64,000 bases of DNA. Origin: a virus. This document shows positions 30,538 through 41,924 of the stretch, in pieces. The stretch lies in IMG/VR virus record IMGVR_UViG_3300025701_000007, positions 1 through 64,000 of that record, one strand, 5' to 3'. Both the position numbers and the translations under genes were made by a program. Every line of letters starts with the position of its first letter. The first letter of the stretch is position 1. The notes beneath the pieces were generated by a model that searched no databases, had not been told where the DNA came from, and saw only the letters and a program-made list of their open reading frames with translations.

Positions 30538-32735
30538 AGAAAAAGTTTACAGAAGGTAGAACACTATCTAGCAACATATTTCTAAATAATGAGGATCACA
30601 CTTCAGATAGAGATTTCGCCTTTCAGAATACATTAGATTTTGAAACTTTGGTGAACATAAACCCTATAATAGATCTAGAAAGTGTTGAATATTTACCAGA
30701 AACCCAAAACATAGAAATAGATTTATTCTTTCTTAAGTATTTAACTAATGAAGATATTTCTGAAATATCACTTTTTATCGAACCTGATTTTGGTGATTAC
30801 ACCAGTAATTACGTATCATTTAATCAACCTAAAAGTGAGTTATTCGAAATTACGACAGCGGATGGACTAATAAAACCATTATTAAATAATGAAGTTAGTT
30901 TATCACCCACAGAAATAAGTAGCCTTAAACCTCAGAAATTATTAAACGTTTTATCTGAGATAAATAAAGACTATCCTACCAAAGAAGGGTACCCCCATTT
31001 TTACAATTCATTCACCCTACCATTTTGGGATAAAAAAGATGAATGGGTAAACGCTAACTTCGGTTTTAACAACAAACTATATACATACAACTCTTTTTTA
31101 TTAATCGAGATTTATGATGACTTTAATATAGAGACACAAAGGTTAATAACAACTATACCCGTATATGTTTCTGATAGATACATGTATAATGAGAATCCGA
31201 GTATAGATAGTATAAGTAAACAGAAAAGACCAGTATTCAATATAAGTGAAGGTGTAGATGGTTTCTCATTCTTTTTTCTAAAAGAGTATCAAACTAGTGA
31301 ATTTTACGCTAAGTTTTATTTTTGGGACGCCTTAAATGGTAAGAAGATACAATTCGTACCATCCTCTAAAGATAACCTACCTAAAAAATGGTTACAGTCA
31401 ACTAAGGATTTTGATCAAAAGGATTTATATTTAAAATATGTTATAGATTACGAAAAAAGGAGTTATAAAATATATGACTTAAATAAAAATACGGGTTTTT
31501 TTAATATAGATAGCACTAAGCACATAGATTTATACGAACTGGGTTATGATGATTATTGGGTTAAACATCAAATAAATAATGAGCAACCCACAAATTTATC
31601 AACACCAACTGAAAACAGGGAGTACGGTGATTTACGTTTATCTGAGTTGGAAATAAGTAATTCAATAGTATATAACGGTGTTAAAATAAAGGCGCAGGAT
31701 TTAAAAAAAGGAATTAACCAATTATACCCCGAAGAGTACTCAAGAGAATTAACATCCAATTATTATATTAACCAAGAAGGTTATCAAACCAACTCTTCAT
31801 TTAACGCCATATCTAGAATATGGAATTACAGTATTCAAGGTGGTGCGAATGGTTATTTTAAAAAGATAGCTAATACCTACTTAGGAACCAAAACTATAAG
31901 TTTGTTAAATACAGAAAACAATTACTGTGTTAATACCGATATAGAATCACATAAATTTACGTTAGGTTCTTTACTAATACGAAACACTAGTGGTATAAAT
32001 ACTTATGTTATAAGTGATATTAATGTGTCTGACTTAACTATAGCATCTAACGAAAAAGAAATAGATTTAAGTATAAACGGTCAATTAACACACAAAACAA
32101 AATTGTCGATAAATAGCGAACCCTCTGTGTACAACGAGAATACTATTTTACCAAAGTTTAATCTTGGATCAGATTTTGAAGAATCCATATCAACCAGTAA
32201 TCTTATGGAGAAATTAGGTTCAGCATATAACAAATTCTTGGAAGACAATCAAACTATAGAGACTGAAGTTTACGACTACTCCCCATCGGAAATACAAAAC
32301 ACCAAAATTTACGATGTGATTAAACCAGAAATTAAAGTTAAAGTTCTGGCCAGCGATATAATAAATGAGTTTAATAGATCTTTCACCCCACCAGAAAGTT
32401 CATCCGAATCCACCCCCACCGTACAAGACTACGATTTAATTAAAAACGTCACTAGTGGTGAAGATGTGGTTAGTTTACTAAAAACAGATCCTAAGTTAAT
32501 TAAAAATGAAGGTATAACTCTTTTAGTGGAGTCATTAGATAGTAAAATAGATACCAACGAAGAAATCATAATAACCACTGAATTATTTTTAGGTTCTGGT
32601 TTTATAAAAAGATTTGGTTTAATGGATAGTTTAAAGATGGTTGGTATCATCAATATCAATTTATATGATAATAATGAAGGTATTGACTCAGAACATATAA
32701 CGATAAAAATACCTATTAAAGTAAATATAGTATAA
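30531..32735 (+). CDS. Putative virion structural protein
   Basis: 734 aa ORF translationally coupled within the baseplate operon. Confidence 0.5.
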   Translation: MLKKKFTEGRTLSSNIFLNNEDHTSDRDFAFQNTLDFETLVNINPIIDLESVEYLPETQNIEIDLFFLKYLTNEDISEISLFIEPDFGDYTSNYVSFNQPKSELFEITTADGLIKPLLNNEVSLSPTEISSLKPQKLLNVLSEINKDYPTKEGYPHFYNSFTLPFWDKKDEWVNANFGFNNKLYTYNSFLLIEIYDDFNIETQRLITTIPVYVSDRYMYNENPSIDSISKQKRPVFNISEGVDGFSFFFLKEYQTSEFYAKFYFWDALNGKKIQFVPSSKDNLPKKWLQSTKDFDQKDLYLKYVIDYEKRSYKIYDLNKNTGFFNIDSTKHIDLYELGYDDYWVKHQINNEQPTNLSTPTENREYGDLRLSELEISNSIVYNGVKIKAQDLKKGINQLYPEEYSRELTSNYYINQEGYQTNSSFNAISRIWNYSIQGGANGYFKKIANTYLGTKTISLLNTENNYCVNTDIESHKFTLGSLLIRNTSGINTYVISDINVSDLTIASNEKEIDLSINGQLTHKTKLSINSEPSVYNENTILPKFNLGSDFEESISTSNLMEKLGSAYNKFLEDNQTIETEVYDYSPSEIQNTKIYDVIKPEIKVKVLASDIINEFNRSFTPPESSSESTPTVQDYDLIKNVTSGEDVVSLLKTDPKLIKNEGITLLVESLDSKIDTNEEIIITTELFLGSGFIKRFGLMDSLKMVGIININLYDNNEGIDSEHITIKIPIKVNIV

Positions 32736-33577
32736 TGAAGAGTATTAATATAAATAATAGTTTTGAGGGTTATAATGTTGTTATAAATCTAGAATCACAC
32801 ATAGATGGTAACGGTACGGTTATAGCACCCTACCAGAACAATCCAGATATAGATCAGATAGAAAATATTATTAACGAAATAGATAGCTTTAAAGAAATCA
32901 CTAAACCAGCCAAAAAATATAAAACTAACACTAAAATAATATCCACAAAAGAGGATATTGAGGAACACTTTAAAGAGTCCGAAGAAAAATATTTTGTAAA
33001 AGGGTTTACTGATAGTAAGTTTTCTTTATTAGACCTGTCTTTCCCTATGGAAAGAGCTATAGCTATAGAAAAAGAAACCTCTAATGACCTACCTAAAACA
33101 CTGATTAAATCAGTTAACACTTCCACTAACGAAGAAGAGGTTGTTAGCGTAACACCAACTACACCAACAAAAGAAATAAGGTGTGGTAAAAAGATAGAAA
33201 TAAGTGGTACAAACGTTACTGGTATGATACTATCTGAGACTGAAAACTCTGTCACATATGTGTTGTACTTAGATACAGAGAATCCAATACTTTATAAAGA
33301 AAGTACATCAACGGATATTGACAATAATAATAATATTGCTACATTTAAATATATGAGGAATAATATTGATGACGAAGTAAAACCAGTATTAAATTATTAT
33401 TCTGATACAATAGATGAACCAAAAGTTTTATCCGAAGTATTTATTGATAGAGGTGTTAATAACGCATTCGAACCAATAAAAAAACTTAAAAATATTAAAG
33501 ATTTAAATGAGTTAACTAAAAGTGGTTTTGGTTATTACAAAATAAACAGAAAAGGATACAATTTTAAAGATAGATAA
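32735..33577 (+). CDS. Putative virion structural protein
   Basis: 280 aa ORF with TAATG coupling. Confidence 0.5.
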   Translation: MKSININNSFEGYNVVINLESHIDGNGTVIAPYQNNPDIDQIENIINEIDSFKEITKPAKKYKTNTKIISTKEDIEEHFKESEEKYFVKGFTDSKFSLLDLSFPMERAIAIEKETSNDLPKTLIKSVNTSTNEEEVVSVTPTTPTKEIRCGKKIEISGTNVTGMILSETENSVTYVLYLDTENPILYKESTSTDIDNNNNIATFKYMRNNIDDEVKPVLNYYSDTIDEPKVLSEVFIDRGVNNAFEPIKKLKNIKDLNELTKSGFGYYKINRKGYNFKDR

Positions 33578-33579
33578 TT

Positions 33580-34476
33580 ATGGCAATAGGTGTATATGGT
33601 GTTAAAAGACCAGCAGACGTAGATCCTTCCGATATAGAAGTGATCGTTTTATATAGCAGAAATAGAAATGCTACCGAAACACAAAAAGTAACGAAATTAA
33701 GTGGTACAGATGTTATGAAACCAGTACTAGACCCTACAAATACAGTAGAGGTTTTAGGTGGTATGTATAACATGGAATTACCCAAATCAGTATTTAACGC
33801 AAAAGGGTATTATACTGTTTATATACGACCAGCCCAGATAAGGGTAAATATAGAGGACTGTGGTGACTTAGCTACATTCCCAGACATAAAAGGTTTAGTA
33901 TTTAACACAGAATCAGTCCCAACGGCCTTTAGAAGCAAATTCACTAATAACGGATTGGATGGTTATAGAGTAGAATATTTAAATGAGAACGGTAGTAAGA
34001 TACCTAATTTATATAGAATCATAACCTCATCTTTTATTGTAGAACCAGTACAGGTTAATACAGCTAACAGTTCGGTTAAATCTATAAAGTACACTTACAA
34101 TAATTCAGGTTCGCTCATATTCTCAACAGTAACACCAAATGCAGCACCTAGTTTTAAACCTACGGCAGCACCATTTATAGGATTCAAAGGTCAAAGTGTT
34201 ATATTAACCAATACTAATTTTACACCTCAAGTAATGGAAGTAGAGTTAGTTAACTATGATGTAGAGAGTTTAGCCATAGCATTGTATTCAGACCAAACAA
34301 AATCTGTTGACGACGGTATATACACTCTATACGATTTTGATGGTAATATTTACGCACAACACGATCTATATGAGATTAAAGATTCTGTTGATAATAAATT
34401 GTATGAAGTTAGGACTAGAAGAAGTACTATAGACACTACTAAAACATTAAATAACATAACAGGAAACAATGGCTAA
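33580..34476 (+). CDS. Putative baseplate structural protein
   Basis: 298 aa beta-rich ORF immediately before the gp7/gpI-like gene. Confidence 0.5.
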   Translation: MAIGVYGVKRPADVDPSDIEVIVLYSRNRNATETQKVTKLSGTDVMKPVLDPTNTVEVLGGMYNMELPKSVFNAKGYYTVYIRPAQIRVNIEDCGDLATFPDIKGLVFNTESVPTAFRSKFTNNGLDGYRVEYLNENGSKIPNLYRIITSSFIVEPVQVNTANSSVKSIKYTYNNSGSLIFSTVTPNAAPSFKPTAAPFIGFKGQSVILTNTNFTPQVMEVELVNYDVESLAIALYSDQTKSVDDGIYTLYDFDGNIYAQHDLYEIKDSVDNKLYEVRTRRSTIDTTKTLNNITGNNG

Positions 34477-37400
34477 TCTAGGTTACACAAATACACCGTT
34501 AATAGCTCACTTATACGATACTAGTGAAGCTGCCTTGATAGCTGCCTCAGAATTAGGTTGTAACGGTTATAGGACATACAATATAAATGGCCAGAACAAA
34601 TATGTTCCCTGCTCATCATTTATGGCTTATGAGAGAGCTATAAAGTTATACAAAATACAAGGGGTTGAGAATCCAGTAAGTGGTGATGGTACATTAGGTG
34701 ATAAAGCAGTTGGTTTACAGTTTGCTAGTACTAAAGACGAGATAGGTGGTAATCCGTATTTTACTTTAGGTAACTTCTCTATAAGTAGCTCTGTTACTAA
34801 GAAAGATGCTAGTGATGGTAGGGTTGTAGATTTAGTTGGTGATGAAAACGGTAAAACAGCCGCAAGTATAAATGAGAATAACCCCTCTAAGAACGACCAA
34901 TCAACCGCTATTGAGCAGGTAAACAAAAAGATTGAAGATAATGTAACCGTAAAGGTACTATTTGATAGAAAAAAATTAGAAAATTACGTTTCATATTCAC
35001 CTTTAAAAGATACTATAAAGAATACCATTATAGAGATAACTCAAAGTTACCCAGCAGCCTTAAGGTTGAACGTTATAGGTTTACAGTCACCAACTATATC
35101 AGAATACAGTTACTCGGACAAAACAGATACAGCTCAATTAAAATTAAATTTAGCTAACATTTCTAACCCTTTCGAATTAGAATATACTTCTACTGGTACC
35201 ACTATAAATGATCCAGTCAATGTAAACCCTATAAGGAATTTCTCTAAAAATTATAGAGACTATACGATTTATTACAAAGGTATTGAATACCCTATTATAA
35301 ACGCTACTTTACCAGATTCTTATACGGACAATGATACTGGTATATACTTAACAATAGAAGGTGACCCGTTTTCAACTGAAGTTAATACAGATCTAACGGT
35401 TAATAGAACTTTTTGGGTTAAACCCAAATATCAGAAATACGACGAATTTCAAAGCGGTCTATCTGATATGGGTAAATTTTTGTTAGATTATAATTACGAT
35501 AAGAAAGAATATATAAGTACAATAAGGTACTCAAAAGTAGATGATAATGGGGTTGAGTTGAATGTAAATGAAACGCTGATATTCCCTAAGATAGATGATG
35601 TCAATTTAGATTTATTCAGTAACAAGTTTGATCTTTATTTAACTAAATTAAATAATATATCCGATGATTTTGATTCAACAAAGACTAACCTAATATCCAG
35701 GTTTTTAACCACTGATTCTTTAAAAGAATTTGATACGGAAGATAGAAGGTTAGATATATTGTTAAACCTAATGGGTAAAAATCTGGACAATGTAAGGAAG
35801 TACATTGATGGTATAACATACATGACTAGATTATCTTATGATAAGATAGAAAACATACCAGACCTTCTAACAAAGAACTACGGTAATATGTTAGGGTTCG
35901 AGACCTATAACGTAGAGGACGAAAGTACTATAATGGAGTCTATTTTCAACCTAGAAGACCTAAACGTAGAACCTGGACTAACTCCAGCAGAGATAGATAT
36001 AGAATTATGGAGAAGAATCTTCATAAACTCATATCACTTATGGAAATCAAAAGGGACTAGAAAATCTATAGAATTTATATTGAACTTAGTTGGTTTACCT
36101 GACTCTATATTTGAAGTTAATGAACACGTATACGTAGCTAGAGAAAAACTAAACTTCAATAATAAAGCCAGAGAAATATACGGATATCAATATTCAGATG
36201 AAAACTTACTTAAGTTATTACCTATGGATATAGACGGGTACCCAACAGTACCCTCCCAAGTACAATACCAAGAAAGTGGTTTTAACTTAAACTTAGACAA
36301 CAGAAATCGAGGTCCTTATGATTTCGGTAATGCTTATATAAAGGGTTATGAATATGAAGGTAAAACACCATTATTCAAATTAGATAGGACTACAGACAAC
36401 GTTAAATCATGGGTTTACTCAGAAAACAAAGTGCTACGTCTATCCGAAGACTCTGTTGGTTACACAGAATACTATGAAGATGATTCTAGGTTGGTTATCA
36501 ACTCTAAAGAGCTAGAGGTTTACTTATCTTCTGACAAGATATTTGACTTCACTTTATACAGGTTCTTAAACAGAAACAATATTAATGTAAATGAGGATTT
36601 AATATTCCCTCAAGACAAAACCGTTAACGCTAGAGAATTAAGTTTTAATCAGTTCATGCAGAAATGTCTGGATGACTTTATAAATGTTAGTAACAGAAAA
36701 ACCATAAAATCATACCCAACATTAACTAAAATATATTACGACTATATTAAACTAACAGGTACACCAGTAACGAATACCAAATCCTTAGATTTTTTAAATA
36801 AGTTTGACGGGTCCTGGGTTAAATTAGTACAACAATTCACACCAGCAACAACTATACTAAATGCTGGTAAGAAAATAGAGAACAGTAAGTTATTTGATAA
36901 CAAATATGTCTATAAGCACGGACTTAATAATGACTTAGATTGGTTAGGTAATGACGGGTCTGAATTTCAGAACAAAGCGAAAAGACCAGTTAACACTGGT
37001 TTAACAAACCCATTTGATACATCTGGTTTAACTAAAAACGCTATAGTGGGTGACACCCCAACATTTAATGTAAAAGGCGTTAAAGGCAAAAACTATATCG
37101 GTTACGACCCATCAATAAACGAATATTTCGGTTTCTATTTAGGGATACAAGACGCTTGCAATACTCAAGTAGAAGTGTATGAGTGGGACGGTACTAAAAA
37201 TTACGGTGACGATTCGATATATGGAGGTAATATAAATGTATCTGGTGACACTAAAGGTATATTCGTCAAACATGATGGTTCTTTATTTAGGTTAAATACT
37301 AACAGAATGTTCACAGGTATACTACCTACTATAAACACTAAAGTAGTTCATACCGAAAATTACATACATCTAGATAATACTAATCCGATAGAAGTAATAA

Positions 37401-40400
37401 CATTACCTAACGGACCAGGTGAATATATAGTAGAATTTACTTACAATAATCTGGATACCCTAAAAATATATGATGGTCAGACTTTCGGGGTACCAAACCT
37501 ATTATTAGATACAGTAACCCAGGACTCTGGTATTGAAAAAGGAGGGGTGTTTAAATACTATAAGTATCTAAACTTCACTACAAGTGAACTTGTTATAAGT
37601 AGAGAGAGTAACCTTAACTTAAGTACGGAAATTACTAGACTTAACGTTGAATTAAAACATGGAACACCAGTAAACTTCACGGTAAATGGTGAGTTAGTTT
37701 ATCAGTTAATAACCTACGGTGTAGATGCTAACGAAGTTTTATTTTACGATTCACCAATCACTATTAACAATGATGAAAGAAATTATTATATCGAAGGTAT
37801 AAGTGTGGGTCACTCAACCATAGCGACTGAATCTAATTACATATGCCCAGTACCAGAACCTCACGTTTGTTACTTTGATTATTCAGGTAATACGATAAAC
37901 ATGAGTGCTCTTGGTTACACAACAACAAATTACGCAACTTATTTAGATGAAACGGATAAAGAGTTATCAGTAAGACAACCTATGAACTACGGTTACTCAA
38001 AAGATACATCTACAACAGAACCAGAAGATGCTATAAGCGGTTCTTCTGGTGATTGGGTTATACCATTCAGAAAAGATAACAACTGGTTATCTGGAGAGAT
38101 ATACTACAAGAATGATATAGTTAAATTCAGTGGTACTTATTATGAGGTTGAAGACCCAGTAGTGACAGGAACAACCACTACTCCAACAGGAACAACAACC
38201 ACCACTATAGTACCAGGTATGTATGAGACATTTATGAACAGAAGTAAGACTGATCCATATATGCACATAAAACCAGCTCTAATAGGTAAAAAGAATATAG
38301 ACGCATTAAATGATATAGTTTCATTCAATCTAACAAAAGACCTATATCTTTATCAAGTATTTAGCGGGTCAACTAATAATGAAACGTATAAGGTTGTTGA
38401 TAACATATTAAACGATGAGTTATATATAAGTGATTCCAGTACCATAGAATTCGATGGTTTTTATTCGATAGATGATACTAAAGTAGGTCCTTTCTATTTG
38501 GCTAATGATGAAGAGATAACAACTCAGACATTAGAAGAAGAAATATCTCTAACACCTGATAAAATTAACTTCATTAACATAAAGTCGCTCAACACTAATT
38601 TCGACTCAGATAACGATAAAATTGGTTTAGCCGAAGGGTTCTATTTGGTAAAAAGAAACTCTTACCTTAAGTTTGATTCTTATTTATATTTCGAGTCAGA
38701 CCAAACAACTACACAAAATATAGTCATAAGACTACAAGATCAATTTGATAACCTAATACATGAACAAGTATTCTCGTTCAACGGTTCAGACGAAGCTCAA
38801 GACAGAGTAGTAAACGTTAGTCACGAATCCCTATTCAGTGTGGATACTAAGATATATTTAACGATAGAACCAGAATTGGTAGGTTGTAAACTGTCTAGAT
38901 ACGAAAAGATAGAGATAGATTACAATGAACCAACTACTTATAGCGCGATTAACGACCCTAGGTTTAGAGTAACATTTAACGGAGGTAGAACCCTAATAGA
39001 AGGTCATTATGTTGACGATGTTTTATCTATAGAACCTGTAGGTGACGATAATAATTATGATGTTGATCATTATATGTTTAAAATTGATGACATATCTAAC
39101 AAACATAATTTCAAAACAAAACTTAAAACCACATTTAACTACGATGAGACGAATGATTTCGGGTTAATATTTGGTAAGTTTTTTAATAAATATAAATCAA
39201 CTAGCGATATAGGTGATGTAACTGTTTATGAAAAGAACCTAAACAACGATAAATTTAATTTTGAGGTTAAGGTTAGGAGTAAGAATATAGGTACTTTTTC
39301 TGGACCCAAGTATTCTTCACCAGGTATAGACTTCGAAGATACTGTTATCTCAAACAATAATTACTTAGGTAACACACCGCAAGAAATAGAAAATACAGGT
39401 CTATCTAAAAGTATTATTTTTGGTAAAACACCTAAACCTAAAACAATTAAACTTAAAAAGACGAACTCACAGTTCTTAAGCTCCTACCTTAACGGTAATG
39501 TTTTAAGTGCAACCCCATCGACTATAGATTTTATAGGTAAAGATGAAGGTTTTGCTGATTATGATTTAATAGACTTCTCAGACAACCTAAAATCTAGTTT
39601 CTTATCTAAAGCTAGGTATGAAAATGCGACTGGATACTGGAAAAAAGAAAACCGAATATATGCAACTGAGTTATACCAAGACATATTAAGTGTTGTACCA
39701 GAATTCTCACCAAATATAAATAATTATGAGATAAATGATATAGTTAAAGTAATCCTACCTAACACAGACGTAGTTGTTGAGCTTGAGGATACTACTATAG
39801 AAAATAGAAACGTAGAAAGGTTATATGTCTGTATAGAAGATATAACGTTTTCTCACTTAACAAAAGAGTATAGTGTTTCAAGTACAACTCCACTAACAAT
39901 ACACCCATTCTACAGACCAAATGGACCAAGAGCTTCGTTTATACCTATAGAGAAATATGATACTAAACATTTTACACCTATCGGTTACGATAAATACGAA
40001 AGAAAAGGTATAATCAAAACTAACCAAAAATCCTATACATATGAAAACCCTAAGCTACTAACTGGCTCAATTACGGATACTTTAGATTTAGGTGATGTGG
40101 TTAAAGTTGTTGGTACTGGTAGTACGTATAACCTGTATAAGTATGTATATAATAAACCTTTGATTTACGAATCAGGTAAATCATATAAAGTAGGTAGTTA
40201 CGTGTACCATCAAACTTCTGGTACAACTAACGGCGCTAAGTTCTGGTTAAAAGTGTCCGAACCTGATCACGAACCAGGTGCTACATCAACAACACCATCC
40301 TGGGTTGAATTAAGTAATGATTATATAGACCACAAAGTTACTTTTACTAACCAAGTATTCAATCAATACAATTATGATAGGATAGAAACCAGCTCATTTA

Positions 40401-41893
40401 CTGGTACTTCCTCTATTCCAGATTCTAATTGGAGTACATTAAACATATCAGGCGGATCTAGTCTAAGAATACCTAATTTAATACCAACGAGCCAGACTTT
40501 TTTACTAGGTTACCCAATGACTAACCCTAGAGGTAAAAATACCTTATTTTCGGATATGGTACCTAATAACATTAATGATGATGACTCGATTCTAGATGTG
40601 GTGGACAATGTCGGGGACTTAATGTTTGCGACCATGTCAGTTTCTAGTATATATTCTGGTACTACGAAATCGGTATACAGTGGGTACACAAAAAACACTA
40701 ATTTAATACAAAACGATTATACGGACCTAACATCAAATACCTTAACATACGTAACTTTAAGTGAGGAGAGGTCTGACCGTAATATATCACCATTATTCGA
40801 GTTCTTATGTAACGAAATAGAAGATAATAGTATATACGAGCATGACGCAACAGGTACAACTTATAACCCTACCTCGCAATATAATAGAGATAAATACGCT
40901 GTGGATAGAGGGTTGTTGTACAAAACAAAAAGTACTGGTGTACTAGCCAATAACCCTCATAGTGATACAACCAACTGGGAAGAGAGAGATTTTATGGTTG
41001 TTAAAAAATACACACTATATAAAGATAGGACTAGTATTAAGATTTACGATGGTAACATCTCATCTCTAGATGAGGTGACTAAAAATAACTTATACTTTTT
41101 TGACTCTAATTTAATATTAAAAGACGATTTTAAATCAGATTCTTTTAACGGGTCCACGCATGATACTAAATTAATTAATGGTTTAAATAAATTAGATGAA
41201 GCTAAAGACACAAACATAAGAGACTCTTTTGCTTATGGTTTAACTGGTTTCAGAAAATCGGGTGGTGATTTAATAATGGATTATTATTACGAAAGAGATG
41301 ATAATGATTTACCTAAAACTGGTGAATTCTTAGGTGGTCTTACGATAAAAAACCCTTGTGGGCATAATGCAAAAGTTATATTCGGTACGTTATTCCAGTT
41401 TGATGAAAATCAGGTTGATGATATATTTAATAGATTACAAAGCGCTTTACCGACACCAAAAATATTATCGGCAGATGAAGGTAAGTCAGTAAGGTTACTA
41501 ATAAACCAGAACGGTGCCTCAAACGTGACGCTTAACATAACCGATAATAACGGTACAACAACGACTAAAAACCTACAAAGTAATAGTAGTGTTGATGATG
41601 TTGTGGTAGTTGAAGTTAATGGTGAACTTAATATATCCGTTCAATACGACACATTCAAAAACTCAACCAGATACAAAGAAGGTTTCTTAGATGAGTATGT
41701 ATTATTTAACGACATAGACGAGGGTATAGAAAATACTTTCGTTAAAGCCAATAAAACCTCAATAGGTAATATAGAAACCAGAGTTATAACGGTAAGAGAT
41801 ATACAAGAGGATAGAGTAGTTAGACTAGACTTTGAAGGTGCTAACTTTATAGAGTTAGGAACTGTAGACCCTAAAGACTACATAGTATTATAA
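34469..41893 (+). CDS. Giant baseplate wedge protein, T4 gp7/P2 gpI-like core with CBM-like inserts
   Basis: IPDLLTKNYGNMLGF and ELWRRIFINSYHLWKSKGTRKSIEFILNLVG match the Tail_P2_I/gp7 pattern; 2474 aa. Confidence 0.7.
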   Translation: MANLGYTNTPLIAHLYDTSEAALIAASELGCNGYRTYNINGQNKYVPCSSFMAYERAIKLYKIQGVENPVSGDGTLGDKAVGLQFASTKDEIGGNPYFTLGNFSISSSVTKKDASDGRVVDLVGDENGKTAASINENNPSKNDQSTAIEQVNKKIEDNVTVKVLFDRKKLENYVSYSPLKDTIKNTIIEITQSYPAALRLNVIGLQSPTISEYSYSDKTDTAQLKLNLANISNPFELEYTSTGTTINDPVNVNPIRNFSKNYRDYTIYYKGIEYPIINATLPDSYTDNDTGIYLTIEGDPFSTEVNTDLTVNRTFWVKPKYQKYDEFQSGLSDMGKFLLDYNYDKKEYISTIRYSKVDDNGVELNVNETLIFPKIDDVNLDLFSNKFDLYLTKLNNISDDFDSTKTNLISRFLTTDSLKEFDTEDRRLDILLNLMGKNLDNVRKYIDGITYMTRLSYDKIENIPDLLTKNYGNMLGFETYNVEDESTIMESIFNLEDLNVEPGLTPAEIDIELWRRIFINSYHLWKSKGTRKSIEFILNLVGLPDSIFEVNEHVYVAREKLNFNNKAREIYGYQYSDENLLKLLPMDIDGYPTVPSQVQYQESGFNLNLDNRNRGPYDFGNAYIKGYEYEGKTPLFKLDRTTDNVKSWVYSENKVLRLSEDSVGYTEYYEDDSRLVINSKELEVYLSSDKIFDFTLYRFLNRNNINVNEDLIFPQDKTVNARELSFNQFMQKCLDDFINVSNRKTIKSYPTLTKIYYDYIKLTGTPVTNTKSLDFLNKFDGSWVKLVQQFTPATTILNAGKKIENSKLFDNKYVYKHGLNNDLDWLGNDGSEFQNKAKRPVNTGLTNPFDTSGLTKNAIVGDTPTFNVKGVKGKNYIGYDPSINEYFGFYLGIQDACNTQVEVYEWDGTKNYGDDSIYGGNINVSGDTKGIFVKHDGSLFRLNTNRMFTGILPTINTKVVHTENYIHLDNTNPIEVITLPNGPGEYIVEFTYNNLDTLKIYDGQTFGVPNLLLDTVTQDSGIEKGGVFKYYKYLNFTTSELVISRESNLNLSTEITRLNVELKHGTPVNFTVNGELVYQLITYGVDANEVLFYDSPITINNDERNYYIEGISVGHSTIATESNYICPVPEPHVCYFDYSGNTINMSALGYTTTNYATYLDETDKELSVRQPMNYGYSKDTSTTEPEDAISGSSGDWVIPFRKDNNWLSGEIYYKNDIVKFSGTYYEVEDPVVTGTTTTPTGTTTTTIVPGMYETFMNRSKTDPYMHIKPALIGKKNIDALNDIVSFNLTKDLYLYQVFSGSTNNETYKVVDNILNDELYISDSSTIEFDGFYSIDDTKVGPFYLANDEEITTQTLEEEISLTPDKINFINIKSLNTNFDSDNDKIGLAEGFYLVKRNSYLKFDSYLYFESDQTTTQNIVIRLQDQFDNLIHEQVFSFNGSDEAQDRVVNVSHESLFSVDTKIYLTIEPELVGCKLSRYEKIEIDYNEPTTYSAINDPRFRVTFNGGRTLIEGHYVDDVLSIEPVGDDNNYDVDHYMFKIDDISNKHNFKTKLKTTFNYDETNDFGLIFGKFFNKYKSTSDIGDVTVYEKNLNNDKFNFEVKVRSKNIGTFSGPKYSSPGIDFEDTVISNNNYLGNTPQEIENTGLSKSIIFGKTPKPKTIKLKKTNSQFLSSYLNGNVLSATPSTIDFIGKDEGFADYDLIDFSDNLKSSFLSKARYENATGYWKKENRIYATELYQDILSVVPEFSPNINNYEINDIVKVILPNTDVVVELEDTTIENRNVERLYVCIEDITFSHLTKEYSVSSTTPLTIHPFYRPNGPRASFIPIEKYDTKHFTPIGYDKYERKGIIKTNQKSYTYENPKLLTGSITDTLDLGDVVKVVGTGSTYNLYKYVYNKPLIYESGKSYKVGSYVYHQTSGTTNGAKFWLKVSEPDHEPGATSTTPSWVELSNDYIDHKVTFTNQVFNQYNYDRIETSSFTGTSSIPDSNWSTLNISGGSSLRIPNLIPTSQTFLLGYPMTNPRGKNTLFSDMVPNNINDDDSILDVVDNVGDLMFATMSVSSIYSGTTKSVYSGYTKNTNLIQNDYTDLTSNTLTYVTLSEERSDRNISPLFEFLCNEIEDNSIYEHDATGTTYNPTSQYNRDKYAVDRGLLYKTKSTGVLANNPHSDTTNWEERDFMVVKKYTLYKDRTSIKIYDGNISSLDEVTKNNLYFFDSNLILKDDFKSDSFNGSTHDTKLINGLNKLDEAKDTNIRDSFAYGLTGFRKSGGDLIMDYYYERDDNDLPKTGEFLGGLTIKNPCGHNAKVIFGTLFQFDENQVDDIFNRLQSALPTPKILSADEGKSVRLLINQNGASNVTLNITDNNGTTTTKNLQSNSSVDDVVVVEVNGELNISVQYDTFKNSTRYKEGFLDEYVLFNDIDEGIENTFVKANKTSIGNIETRVITVRDIQEDRVVRLDFEGANFIELGTVDPKDYIVL

Positions 41894-41902
41894 AAATTAA
41901 TG

Positions 41903-41910
41903 TATTTATA
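41903..41910 (+). promoter_or_regulatory. Putative late promoter TATTTATA
   Basis: Within a 31-nt intergenic gap, 14 nt before the ATG at 41925. Confidence 0.6.
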
Positions 41911-41924
41911 TAAAATAGAAAAAA

